DNA of 63,153 bases, filler included, from Malassezia furfur (taxonomy: Eukaryota): NCBI GenBank assembly GCA_052055015.1. It is 21 parts of 21 records of this genome, joined end to end, with 100 filler letters (N's around TTAATTAATTAA, not from the genome) between each part and the next. Parts side by side here need not be neighbours in the genome. Positions count along the whole stretch, not along the records: positions 51,513 to 54,369 come from JBQJIT010000841.1; positions 54,470 to 57,319 come from JBQJIT010000842.1; positions 57,420 to 60,239 come from JBQJIT010000843.1; positions 60,340 to 63,153 come from JBQJIT010000844.1; 17 more parts are not named here. One strand, given 5' to 3'. Below the pieces are notes generated by a model. That model searched no databases, was not told the DNA's origin, and worked only from the letters and a program-made list of their open reading frames with translations. How positions within the stretch are numbered: position 1 is the stretch's first letter; every line of letters begins with the position of its first letter. Positions 51,513 through 62,270 of this stretch are shown piece after piece. A program made the position numbers and the translations under genes.

Positions 51513-54369
51513 CCTGCCCCCGGCGCAGCCGCCGCCGCACGGTCCCACAGGCGCACGTGGCGCACAAGGAGCACGAGGAACAGCTCGACCGTGTCGAGGC
51601 GCGCGTCGGCGTCGGCGCGCAGCTGCGCCGCGACGCGCTGCAGTGCGCGTGTGACGTGCGGGCGCGGCGCATGGGCGGCCACGTCGTCGCCAAGCAGCTC
51701 GCGCGCAATCTCCGCCCACTCGTCGGCGCGCACCGACTCGGGGGTCCGGAGCACCGTGTGCACCCGCTCCCAGCTCTGCAGCACGGTGCTCAGTGCACCG
51801 ACTGCCTCGCTGAGCGCCGCAACGGCCGCACCGAACGTCGGTGCGGCCACAATGCGGGCAGGCGCACCGCTGGCGACGCCGCCGTCGGCACGCGACGCCG
51901 TCAGCGTCGGGACGAGCGTCGGGCGTGTCGCGGCGGCGCTCGCGCGCTCGAGGTACTGTGCCACGGCGCGCACGACGCGGTGCACGGTGCGGATCGCGCG
52001 CGTGTCAAACACGCTCGCGCGCATGGGCGGCGCAACGTCAAAGTGGAGCAGACCACCGAGCGTCGGCGCAAACACGGCGGCCTCGTCGCGCTCGGCGGGC
52101 GTGTGCGGTGCGAGGAGCGCCGCGGGCGCCGCGCCGACGTACGTCGCGGCGAGCGTGAGCACGGCGGTATGCAGCGCATCGAGCGTCGCGTCCGATTCGC
52201 CCGGCAGCAGCGTGGCGAGCGCCTCGACGAGCAGCGCCGCCTGCTCCGCGTCCGCGAGCGCCGCGTCGGGGTACGATGCGGCACGCAGCACCGCAAGCAG
52301 CGCGTCCTGGTGCGCAGCAAGCAGCGCGAGCGCCTGCGTGCGTGCAGCGTGCGCAGTGAACGACGCGCCGCGCCGCGCCGCTTCGGGCTCATGCAGGTGC
52401 TGCAGCACGCCGAGCACGAGGTGGAGCAGCGGCGTGAGGAGCGCCGCATAGCGCTCCGCGGCCGCGGGCAAGAAGCCGGTGTCGTCCACGGCGTCCCACG
52501 CCGCGCCGCTCGGGTCGGGGCGCAAGGAGAGGAAGTCGGCGCGCGCCACGACACGGAAGAGGTGCGCGTCGACGAGCTGCTGTGCGCCGGCGCGCGTCTG
52601 CGCGATGCGGCACAGGAACGCGACGAGCGCCTCGTACACGTACTGGGCGTTGAGCGAGGTCGGGTCCGGTGACAGCACGTCCTGCAGCGCGCCATCGAGC
52701 GTCTCGAGGCGCAGCACCAGGCTGCGCAGGTAGCCGCGCTGCACGAGCACGTCGGTGAGCGACGCGCCGCGCTTCCCCACGGGTGCCTCAAAGCGCACGA
52801 GGCGCGCGAGCGTCGCGAGCGCCACCGTCTGCCCGACGTCAGACGCATCGAGCGCATCCCGCGCCACCACCTCGACGAGACGCTCCATGTGCGCGGCGAG
52901 CAGCGCGTGCGTGCGCTGCGCAAGCGGCGCATCGCTGTTCGGCGCGCCGCTGAGCTGCGCAAAGCACACCACACTCAGGTAGAGGTCCATGCGCGCCGCG
53001 CCGCTCGTGCCGGGGCGCAGCAGTGCGTCGAGCAGTGCGCGGAGCACGGCGATGGCACGCTCGGGCGGTGCGCCCTGCACGTGCTCGGCGTCGTCGTGCG
53101 CCTCGAGCGCACGCAGCAGCACGAGCACGCCGCTCGCGGCCAGCTCGGCAAGGCACGCGTCGGGCTCGCCGCCGACGTCGCCGAGCAGCGGCAGCGCCGC
53201 ATGCACCGCGTCCAGCAGCACCGCCGCCCGCGATTCGGCGTGCAGCAGCGGCAACGCATGCGCCACCACAACGCCGACCGCGTCGCGCCACGCGTGCAGC
53301 GCCTCGCGCCTCGCGTGCGCCACGGCACGCTGCGTGTTTTGCGCGGCGGCCCACTGCAGGACGTGCGCGGCTTGTGCGAGCCACGTGGCATGGTCCTCGG
53401 CGCGCGCGGCGCCCGGCGCGGCGCGCGCCTGGCGCTCGGCAAGGAGCAGCTGCGCAACGGCACGCACGTCGTACACGCGCGGACCGCTTGCCGCGTCAAC
53501 GGGCTGCGCGTCCACGAGCGCCGCGGGCGTGGTGAGCGTGATGTGCTCGGCGAGCGCATCGCGCGCGTCGCTCCAGTACGCACGGACCACCTCGAGCGCG
53601 GTGCCGAGCGCCGCGGGGCGCCCGCCGACGCCGAGCAGCGCCCGGACGAGCGGCAGGGCGCGGGCGAGCTGGTTGCGCAGCGCAAGTGCGCGCACGTCGA
53701 GCGCGGCCAGCTGCAGCACGTGTGCGTCGGTGCGCAGCAACGCGAGCACCGGCGCGGCGCTCGTCGTGAGCTGCGCGCCGCTTGCGAGCGTGAGAGTGTC
53801 GCGCGCAGGCGCCTCGCCACTGGTGGGCGCCTCGGCGGGCACCTGCGGGAGCGCGTCGACGTGCCGCACGAAGAAGTCGCCATGCGTGCGCAGATAGCGC
53901 AGCGTCGCGGCGCTTGTGTACGGCTGCACACACAGCTGGCGGAGCACATGCAGCACGTGCTCGGCGAGCACGGGCGCGCGCGCGGTGAGCGGCGCGAGGC
54001 CCGCGTCGCTCTCTCCGCCAGGCGGCGCCACGAGCGTGCGCAGCGTGCGCAGCATCGCGGGCTCGCCCACGAGGCGGTCGTCGTCGCGTGCCGCATGCAG
54101 GTCAAAGCCGAGCAGCAGGTGGGCGACGTTGGGCGCCGCGGCATGTGCCGCCGTGCCCTCGAGCAGCACGTCGAGCACGGCGCGCTGGATGTGTGCGACG
54201 CGCTCCGTCTCGGGCACGATGTCCGCGAGCGCATCGGCGCTCGGCACGTCGACGTCGGGCGCGGCCACTTCGAGCCACGCGAGGAGGCCGCCGCGCACGC
54301 GCTCCGTCTCGCCCGTCATCTCGATGATGCCGACGAGGCGGTTGAGCGCGTGGCGCTGGCGCAGCGTGC
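51513..54369 (-). CDS. NUP192: Nucleoporin Nup192/NUP205, internal fragment
   Basis: PNVAHLLLGFD, PYTSAATLRYLRT..DFF and YVYEALVAFLCRIAQTRAGAQQL....LF.V....DFL..RPD match Nup205-family blocks. Confidence 0.8.
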
Positions 54370-54469
54370 NNNNNNNNNNNNNNNNNNNNNNNNNNNNNNN
54401 NNNNNNNNNNNNNTTAATTAATTAANNNNNNNNNNNNNNNNNNNNNNNNNNNNNNNNNNNNNNNNNNNN

Positions 54470-54786
54470 GAGCGCCCAGGCCACCGCGCGCGTACGGGCG
54501 TCCGTGCGCGCCGCGCGAGCGGTGTGGTGCGCGCGCGGCGCTTGACGGCGCCGGCGGTATGCGTGTGAGCGTCGGAGCTGGTGTCCGACGACGTATTGTC
54601 CCAGGGCGTGTCGTCCATGGCTGTCTCGTCGCCCGCCGACGACGTCGAGCGCGGCGATGCGGGGTGCGCGACGCTTGCGCCGCGACTCGGCGTGCGTTTC
54701 CGCTTCGCGCCGCGGCTCAGCGCATCCGCAGACACGTCCCGTGCTCCGCGCGATCCGCTGCGGGGTGCAGGAACGGGGCGGTGCAT
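54470..54786 (-). CDS. N-terminal low-complexity fragment of an unknown protein, 3'-partial
   Basis: ATG 54786 open to the contig end, with basic NLS-like KRKR and KRRAR. No domain recognised. Confidence 0.35.
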
Positions 54787-54967
54787 GCGCGGAGAAGCTA
54801 CACGCCGCTCGTCGCAACGTGGAGTGCACGGCGAGCCCGAAATGCACGCTTCACCGCCGTGGTGCGCCGTTCGCCTCCACTTGCACGTGGGCCTGGGGGG
54901 AAGGGGAATAGGAAAGGTTCGAACACTATGAGAAGCGGCCGCCGCCGCCGCCGCCACGTCTGGGACA

Positions 54968-56047
54968 CTACCACTGCGCGACCTGCTCGGCGGTGAGCGG
55001 CTCGGTCTCGCGCTCGTACTCGATCTCGAGCTGCGGGCGGGCTGCGTGTAAGTAGAGATCGCGGTACGTACCACGCCGGTCGCCGCCCCGCGGCGGGCGC
55101 TTCGCCGGGCGCGGCGCACGCGGCGTCGGCCCCTTGCGCTTGCCACGCTTGCCCGTGTCGTCGTCGCCACTCGAGCTCGATGCGTCCTCGTCCTCGTCGT
55201 CGTCGGACTGCGTGTGAGTGCCTTCCGCAACGTACCTCGAAGTCGTCTGCGCTCTCTTCGTCGCTCTCTTCGTCGTCGCTCACAAACTCGCGCTGGCCGT
55301 ACGCGTCGTCCTCCTCGTCCATGTCACGCAGGTTGCGCTCCATCTCCTCGATGTCCTCCTCGGCCTCTTCGTCGCTGAGCTCCTCCTCGAGCGCGAGGTC
55401 GTCGGTGTCGGCGTTCGGCGCCTTGGCCTGTGCGTTCTCGAGCACGGCGTTCCACACGTCCTCGTTGACGTTGAGCGGTGCGTCGCCGTACGCGCCGCGC
55501 TTGAGACGGTCGAGCAGCTCCTTCTCGATGGACTTCTCGATCTTGGCGGCGCGCAGCGCCTTGACTTCGCGCGTCGCCTCGCGGCGCTCCGTCTTTTTCT
55601 TGATGCCCACGAGCTCGGGTCTGTGTGAGTTGGCATAGCGACGACGTACTGTTCCTCTTCCTTGAGCTTGATCTTGCGCAGCTTGATGAGGTACTGCGTG
55701 ATCTTCGTCAGGCGCTGCTTCGCCTTGTGCACGACAAAGTTGGGCCAGTATACGAGCTCCTTGTCGATCTGCTCGAGCGCCGTCGAGTACCGGTTCGAGA
55801 GCCGCACACGCTCCCACTGCCGCCGCGGCGCGTGTGCACGCTCGGGCGTCTTGATATACAAATACACCACGCCCTCCTTCTCGCGCACGGTAGCGTACCG
55901 CGAGTTGGCGAGGGGGCACGACTGCCGGTTGCACAGACCGGTCAGGTTGTATTCATTGCGGCAGAACGTCTGGTGCGTCGACGACTTGATCTTGTACGAG
56001 CAAAAGTGGTGCCCGATGAGCGACCACACCACGTCGTCCGACTGCAT
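54968..56047 (-). CDS. MAK16: 60S biogenesis protein Mak16; introns 55621-55649 (29 nt), 55208-55235 (28 nt), 55042-55071 (30 nt)
   Basis: [69 protein letters not shown] and C-terminal LEIEYERE. Confidence 0.96.
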
Positions 56048-56166
56048 CGTGACGGTCGCCTCGAAAAAAAGTTCGGCGCGATTTGTCAGCGTGGCCACAC
56101 GGAGGTGGAGGCAAAGGGGGGGGGGGCCACCAGGAAACGCGCTACAGGAGTGGGGGGCACCTATGG

Positions 56167-56540
56167 CTACCGGTGCACGAGCGCTACGACCACGTCCCAG
56201 CGGCGCGCGATGCGCATGCCGAAGAAGCGGCGCACCTCGCGCCACCCCAGCATGCCGTCCGCCTGCGTGTCATCCTCGACGTGCGCCTCCTCGCCAAACA
56301 CGTTGAGGAGCCGCGCGGCCCGTACCAGTCCTTCGATCTCGCGCGCCGCAAGGCCATAGATGCCAGGCGCACGCACGTCGTACGCACTCGGCACCGCCGC
56401 CACGGGGCGCTCGGGCGGCGCAGACGTGCCATGCGCGGGCACCAACACATAGTCGGCCGGCTGCACAAACGAGCGCAGGAGCGAGCCGAGCAAGAACGAG
56501 ACGATCGCGACGAGCACCACCGTCGCGCGGCTGTAGTATG
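56167..56540 (-). CDS. C-terminal TM tail, probably of a basidiomycete START-domain lipid-transfer protein; 5' end lost at an internal junction (approximate)
   Basis: [24 protein letters not shown]...GWREVRRFF.....[10 protein letters not shown]. Confidence 0.6.
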
Positions 56541-57319
56541 CGGTGCCGGACGTGGCGGTGCAGCGTGCGGACCAGATCGTGCAGGGCGTCGCGGCCGAGG
56601 AGCTGGTGCACCTCGTGTCGAACGTCGGGTGCCGCGCGCTGTGGGACGAGCGGATGGGCGCCGCGTCCATCGTCGCGGCGTACGGCAGCGGCGCGCACAC
56701 GGCGTGCTGGACGTCGCACGGCACCTTCCCCTTCCGCCCGCGCCTGTTTGTCGTCGGGAGCGTCACGGCGTGCGGGCGGCATGCGGCGCCGGTGAGCCCG
56801 TCGGGCCTGCTGTCGCCGACGAGCGCGCGGCAGCCGGTGTACTTCCACGCGAGCGCGTCGTGCGACGCAGACACGGTGGACGTCGCGGCGCTGAACCCCC
56901 AGCAGCTGCCCGTCGGGCGCGTGCTGATCGACGGCTGGATCCTCGAGACGCTCGACCCGTACAGCTCGGCACACTACCCCATCCCCAGCACGCGCGCGAC
57001 GCACGTCGTGGCCATCGACTACGGCGGCGCGATGCCCACGGCGGTCAACGCGCTGTGGAACGCGGCGCTCCCCCGCGCGCTCGGCCCGCTCGCGCACTTC
57101 CTCCAGACGCACGGACCGCCGCCGTTTGTGCACGTGCCGCCCGCGTGGATGGAGGTGGGCGGCGACGGGCACGACGACGACCGCACGCTCGTGTGGACGC
57201 TGCAGCGCCCCGCGCGGCGCGTCAACCTGCTCGCGCGCGACTTTGGCGCACAGTCGCGCACCCTCGACGTGCGCGTGCAGCTGCCGCCGCAGGACGTGCG
57301 CCGCGCGGCAGGCGCCCTG
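56540..57319 (+). CDS. START/SRPBCC lipid-binding domain, internal fragment (no true start, 3'-partial)
   Basis: QIVQGVAAEE, RALWDER, FPFRPRLF, YFHASAS, GRVLIDGWILETLDPY...IPSTR...VAIDYGGAMP. Confidence 0.75.
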
Positions 57320-57419
57320 NNNNNNNNNNNNNNNNNNNNNNNNNNNNNNNNNNNNNNNNNNNNTTAATTAATTAANNNNNNNNNNNNNNNNNNNNNNNNN
57401 NNNNNNNNNNNNNNNNNNN

Positions 57420-58829
57420 GCGGCCTTGACCTGCTTCTTGTGCTCCTTGCGCTCGTCGCGCTCGCGCTGCCGCCGCGCGTCCGGCGCAAGGTCGTCGGCT
57501 GCCGCCGCCTCGGCGTCGGAACCGCTCGCGTCCGAGTCACTCGCGTCCAAGTCACTCGCGTCCGAGTCGCTCGCGTCCGGCGCGGCCTCCGCCTCCTGCG
57601 GTGCCGCGGCGATGCGCTGCGCGGCCGCCTGCTCTACCTGGTCCAGGCCGGTGACCTGCGCGTAGATCAGTTCCTGCGCCTCGCCCGCCTGCGCCTTGGC
57701 CGCATCACGCTCGGGGTCGTAGAGCTCGTCGAGGTTGCGGGGGAGGTACGACTGCCGGAACACGGCATCCTCGTGCTCCTGCTCAGGCGCGCTCTCCATG
57801 CGCTCCATCATCTGCTCGAGCTCGGCAATGAGCGACGCCTCGGTCTCAGGCGCGTCGTCGCTGCCGCCGTCCTCGGCGGGCGCAGGCACCTCGAGCGCCT
57901 GCTCGTCGTCGTACAGCTTCTCGAGGCCCGCGACGCCGCCTTTACGCGCACGCCCAGTGTCACGCACGACAAAGTGGAACGTGGTACGCAGCCCCAGCGT
58001 CGCGACGCCATGCCGCCCAAAGTAGTCTTCAATGTGCGAAATGTCCTCGCGCAGAAAGTCGAACGCATGGGGGTGGTCGTGCTCGACGGACTGCGACACG
58101 TCGATGATCCACAGGTGGCCCTCGTGGAACAGGATATTGTACTCGCTCAGGTCGGCATGCACCAGGCGGCACCGGTGGTACATGAGGCGCACCGTCGCGA
58201 CCAGCTCGCGGTACAGCCGCGCCCAGTCCTGGGCTGGGATGGCCGATTCGGCGTCCTTGAGCCGCGGGCTCGGCCAGCCGTCGGCATCGCCCAAGAACTG
58301 CATCACCAGCACATGGTCACGCAGCTCGATCGGCTGCGGCGCGCGCAGCTCGGCGTGCACGAGGCGCTTGAGGTTGCGCATCTCCTTCTCGGCCCACAGC
58401 CGCACCATCTTCCGGGGGTTGTGCCGGCTGTACCCGTGCCGGAAACGGAATTCGCCCGAGACGTAGCGGTCGCGGTCCTTGAACACTAGGATGCTCGTCT
58501 TGTAGATCTTAACCGCCGCGCTGCCCGACGTGCCCTCCGGCTGGGCCGGCGGCGTCGTGGCGTGGTATACGTTGGCCTCCTTGCCGGTGCTCACACACCC
58601 ATTCACCTGCTCAAGCAGCTCGCGCTTGATCATTTTGTATAGAATGAGCAGCGTGCGGGGGTCCAGCACCTGCTGCAGAGTCGCGCGGTCCGCCTTGTCC
58701 TTCCGCCGGTTCTCGTCGGTGCGATTCGTCTTGCGGGGCACACGCGCGTCGACGCTGCCGCCCGCGACAAACGACGGGTCGTATTGCTCTTCAATGTGAA
58801 TGCGCGACGCATACTGTGCAAGCGCAGAT
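57420..58829 (-). CDS. RIO1: RIO1 atypical kinase, mirror copy, partial
   Basis: KDKADRAT..QVLDPRT, STGKEANVYHA, AVKIYKTSILVFKDRDRYVSGEFRFR, LVHADLSEYN and IDVSQSVE. Confidence 0.9.
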
Positions 58830-60239
58830 ATCTGCGCTTGCACAGTATGCGTCGCGCATTCACATTGAAGAGCAATACGACCCGTCGTTTGTCGCGGGCG
58901 GCAGCGTCGACGCGCGTGTGCCCCGCAAGACGAATCGCACCGACGAGAACCGGCGGAAGGACAAGGCGGACCGCGCGACTCTGCAGCAGGTGCTGGACCC
59001 CCGCACGCTGCTCATTCTATACAAAATGATCAAGCGCGAGCTGCTTGAGCAGGTGAATGGGTGTGTGAGCACCGGCAAGGAGGCCAACGTATACCACGCC
59101 ACGACGCCGCCGGCCCAGCCGGAGGGCACGTCGGGCAGCGCGGCGGTTAAGATCTACAAGACGAGCATCCTAGTGTTCAAGGACCGCGACCGCTACGTCT
59201 CGGGCGAATTCCGTTTCCGGCACGGGTACAGCCGGCACAACCCCCGGAAGATGGTGCGGCTGTGGGCCGAGAAGGAGATGCGCAACCTCAAGCGCCTCGT
59301 GCACGCCGAGCTGCGCGCGCCGCAGCCGATCGAGCTGCGTGACCATGTGCTGGTGATGCAGTTCTTGGGCGATGCCGACGGCTGGCCGAGCCCGCGGCTC
59401 AAGGACGCCGAATCGGCCATCCCAGCCCAGGACTGGGCGCGGCTGTACCGCGAGCTGGTCGCGACGGTGCGCCTCATGTACCACCGGTGCCGCCTGGTGC
59501 ATGCCGACCTGAGCGAGTACAATATCCTGTTCCACGAGGGCCACCTGTGGATCATCGACGTGTCGCAGTCCGTCGAGCACGACCACCCCCATGCGTTCGA
59601 CTTTCTGCGCGAGGACATTTCGCACATTGAAGACTACTTTGGGCGGCATGGCGTCGCGACGCTGGGGCTGCGTACCACGTTCCACTTTGTCGTGCGTGAC
59701 ACTGGGCGTGCGCGTAAAGGCGGCGTCGCGGGCCTCGAGAAGCTGTACGACGACGAGCAGGCGCTCGAGGTGCCTGCGCCCGCCGAGGACGGCGGCAGCG
59801 ACGACGCGCCTGAGACCGAGGCGTCGCTCATTGCCGAGCTCGAGCAGATGATGGAGCGCATGGAGAGCGCGCCTGAGCAGGAGCACGAGGATGCCGTGTT
59901 CCGGCAGTCGTACCTCCCCCGCAACCTCGACGAGCTCTACGACCCCGAGCGTGATGCGGCCAAGGCGCAGGCGGGCGAGGCGCAGGAACTGATCTACGCG
60001 CAGGTCACCGGCCTGGACCAGGTAGAGCAGGCGGCCGCGCAGCGCATCGCCGCGGCACCGCAGGAGGCGGAGGCCGCGCCGGACGCGAGCGACTCGGACG
60101 CGAGTGACTTGGACGCGAGTGACTCGGACGCGAGCGGTTCCGACGCCGAGGCGGCGGCAGCCGACGACCTTGCGCCGGACGCGCGGCGGCAGCGCGAGCG
60201 CGACGAGCGCAAGGAGCACAAGAAGCAGGTCAAGGCCGC
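58830..60239 (+). CDS. RIO1: RIO1 atypical kinase, partial at both ends
   Basis: Same motifs as the mirror copy. The N-terminus is missing at the fold-back point. Confidence 0.93.
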
Positions 60240-60339
60240 NNNNNNNNNNNNNNNNNNNNNNNNNNNNNNNNNNNNNNNNNNNNTTAATTAATTAANNNNN
60301 NNNNNNNNNNNNNNNNNNNNNNNNNNNNNNNNNNNNNNN

Positions 60340-61301
60340 TGTCGATCTCCTCGAGCTTCGGGCAGCGCCGCTTGTTCTCCTCCTGCGGCAGCGTGTTGGT
60401 GACGATCAGCGCCTCGAGCTCGCTGTTCGCGATGCGCTCCAGCGCGGGCGGCGACAGAATGCCGTGCGTGACGATCGCCAGGACGCGCTCGGCGCCGCTC
60501 TCGCGCAGCTGCCGCGACGCGAGGTCGAGCGTGCCGCACGTGTCCGCCATGTCGTCTACGAGGATCGCGATCTTGTCGCGCGCGTTGCCGACCAGCACCA
60601 TGCGCGACACCTCGTTCGCCTTCTTGCGCTCCTTATGGAACAGCGCGAAGTCGACGCCCAGCTGGTCGGCCAGCGCCGTGGCGCGCTTCGCACCGCCCGC
60701 GTCGGGCGACACAATCACCACGCGGCTCGTGTCGAGCATCTCGCGCACGTACTGCAGCGCCGCCGGCTCCGAGTACAGGTTGTCGACGGGCACGTTGAAG
60801 AAGCCCTGGATCTGCGACGCGTGAAGGTCCATCGTGATCACATGGTCGCACCCGGCCTGCTCCAGCATGTTGGCAATCAGCCGCGCCGTGATCGGCGCAC
60901 GGCTCTTGTCCTTCTTGTCCTGCCGCGCATAGAAAAAGTGGGGGATCACCGCCGTGACGCGCCGCGCACTGGCCGTCTTGCAGGCGTTGATCATGATAAG
61001 CAGCTCCATGAGGCTCGTGTTCGGCGAGATGAGGCTCCCGTCCACGCCGTGCGACACACACGACGTGTTGATGATGTACACGTCGTGCTCACGCACCGAC
61101 TCGCCCATGCGCACGATCGTCTCGCCCGCCTCGTTCTTCGTTACGGTCGCATTGCCGAGCGGGACCCCGAGACTGCGTCAGTGCACCGACCTACCGCTTG
61201 CACACGAGGTTCGCGAGACCCCGGTGACTCGTCCCTGCCGGTCAGCTGCACACACACGCGCACGTACCGCTGAACACCTTGATATCCGCCAGCGTCGCCA
61301 T
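60340..61301 (-). CDS. PRS: Ribose-phosphate pyrophosphokinase (PRPP synthetase), 3'-partial; introns 61235-61267 (33 nt) and 61173-61194 (22 nt)
   Basis: Spliced [67 protein letters not shown] and [10 protein letters not shown]. Confidence 0.95.
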
Positions 61302-61475
61302 GTCGTCGTCCGTGCCTAAGCGGCACCCGAAAGCGATTTTCAGCTTAATTCCCCGACCTGCGCCGGCGCTCGGGGGCACAGACGCACGCGCCCGGGCATG
61401 GTGCATTGAGGTCGTCGTCGGAGTGCGCCTAAGCCGCCCCGCGCGCGTGCACGCGTGCTGGGGGACACAAGGCAT

Positions 61476-61501
61476 GCACACACACGCACACACGCACACA
61501 C
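61476..61501. repeat. Imperfect (CA)n microsatellite between SMD1 and PRS
   Basis: cacacacacgcacacacgcacac. Confidence 0.65.
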
Positions 61502-61599
61502 CCAACTACCTACATAGACCACACACGCCCCACAGCCCCACTGCCATGCATAATACAGGATTCACTGGCTGCTCTACCTCGGCGACGTCGCCAAGCACA

Positions 61600-62180
61600 T
61601 CACGGCCGGCCGCGGCCACGGCCACGCATACCACGGCCACGGCCACGGTCGCCACGGCCCCGTGCGGCCGGCGCATTGGGGTCGCGCTTCGATTTCGGCC
61701 GCGGCGCATCGTCGACCAGCAGCGTATCGAGCGGCAGCGCATCGGGCAAAATCCAGTACCGCGTGTTGTTGCCCCGGATCGAGAGCGTATCCAGCGTGAT
61801 CGGCTCACGCCCACGCACCGTGAGCTTGACATTTTTGAGGTGGGTATTCATCTGCACATCGACACCTGCATAAGTCGTGGAGTGGGCGCCGCGCGCACGC
61901 CGCGCGCACGCCACCAAGCTGCTGCGCACTTCGGACGCATCTGCTTGCGCCTCTGCCGCACGCACTGCGACATGCGCGGCGCTAGATTACCGCGCACGTC
62001 GCACGCTGCACGCTGTGCGTGCGTCGCACGAGCAGCGCGCGCGCGCGCCCGCTCCGGCATACGTACCAGTGACCGTGCCATGGACAATCGTCCCGTTCTT
62101 CAACTCGATCGTGACGCTCTCATTGTTGAGCTTCATCAAGAAGCTGCGTCAGCGCGCACCACCTACCGAACCAACTTCAT
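61600..62180 (-). CDS. SMD1: Small nuclear ribonucleoprotein Sm D1; introns 62144-62166 (23 nt) and 61866-62066 (201 nt)
   Basis: Spliced [44 protein letters not shown]...[23 protein letters not shown] plus an RG-repeat tail. Confidence 0.96.
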
Positions 62181-62270
62181 CTTGGTCGCAGCGAAGACGG
62201 CGACGGCCCGGTCACGTGACGATACAGCCGCGCGGGGCTCGACGCGTCGAGCAACGCTACGCGTGCCGCG
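62181..62270. promoter_or_regulatory. 90-nt bidirectional SMD1/EXO1 promoter with GTCACGTGAC and two ACGCGT (MCB-like) boxes
   Basis: GTCACGTGAC at 62211-62220, palindrome GCTCGACGCGTCGAGC at 62237-62252, ACGCGT at 62259-62264. Confidence 0.6.

Larger units (their letters stand above)
57420..60239. repeat. Perfect spacer-less inverted repeat (whole contig, 2 x 1410 bp, centre 58829/58830)
   Basis: The contig equals its own reverse complement, and identical ORFs appear on both strands in the ORF track. Centre GCAGAT|ATCTGC. Confidence 0.97.

Noticed and set aside
60082..60140. 15-nt tandem repeat (DASDS/DASDL) in the RIO1 tail
   Set aside because: Ordinary coding low-complexity acidic repeat.
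9239..60239. Many ribosome-biogenesis genes (UTP17, RIX1, ERB1, MAK16, RIO1) in one window
   Set aside because: Each is on a different contig and contig order reflects length only. A minimal genome is rich in such core genes.
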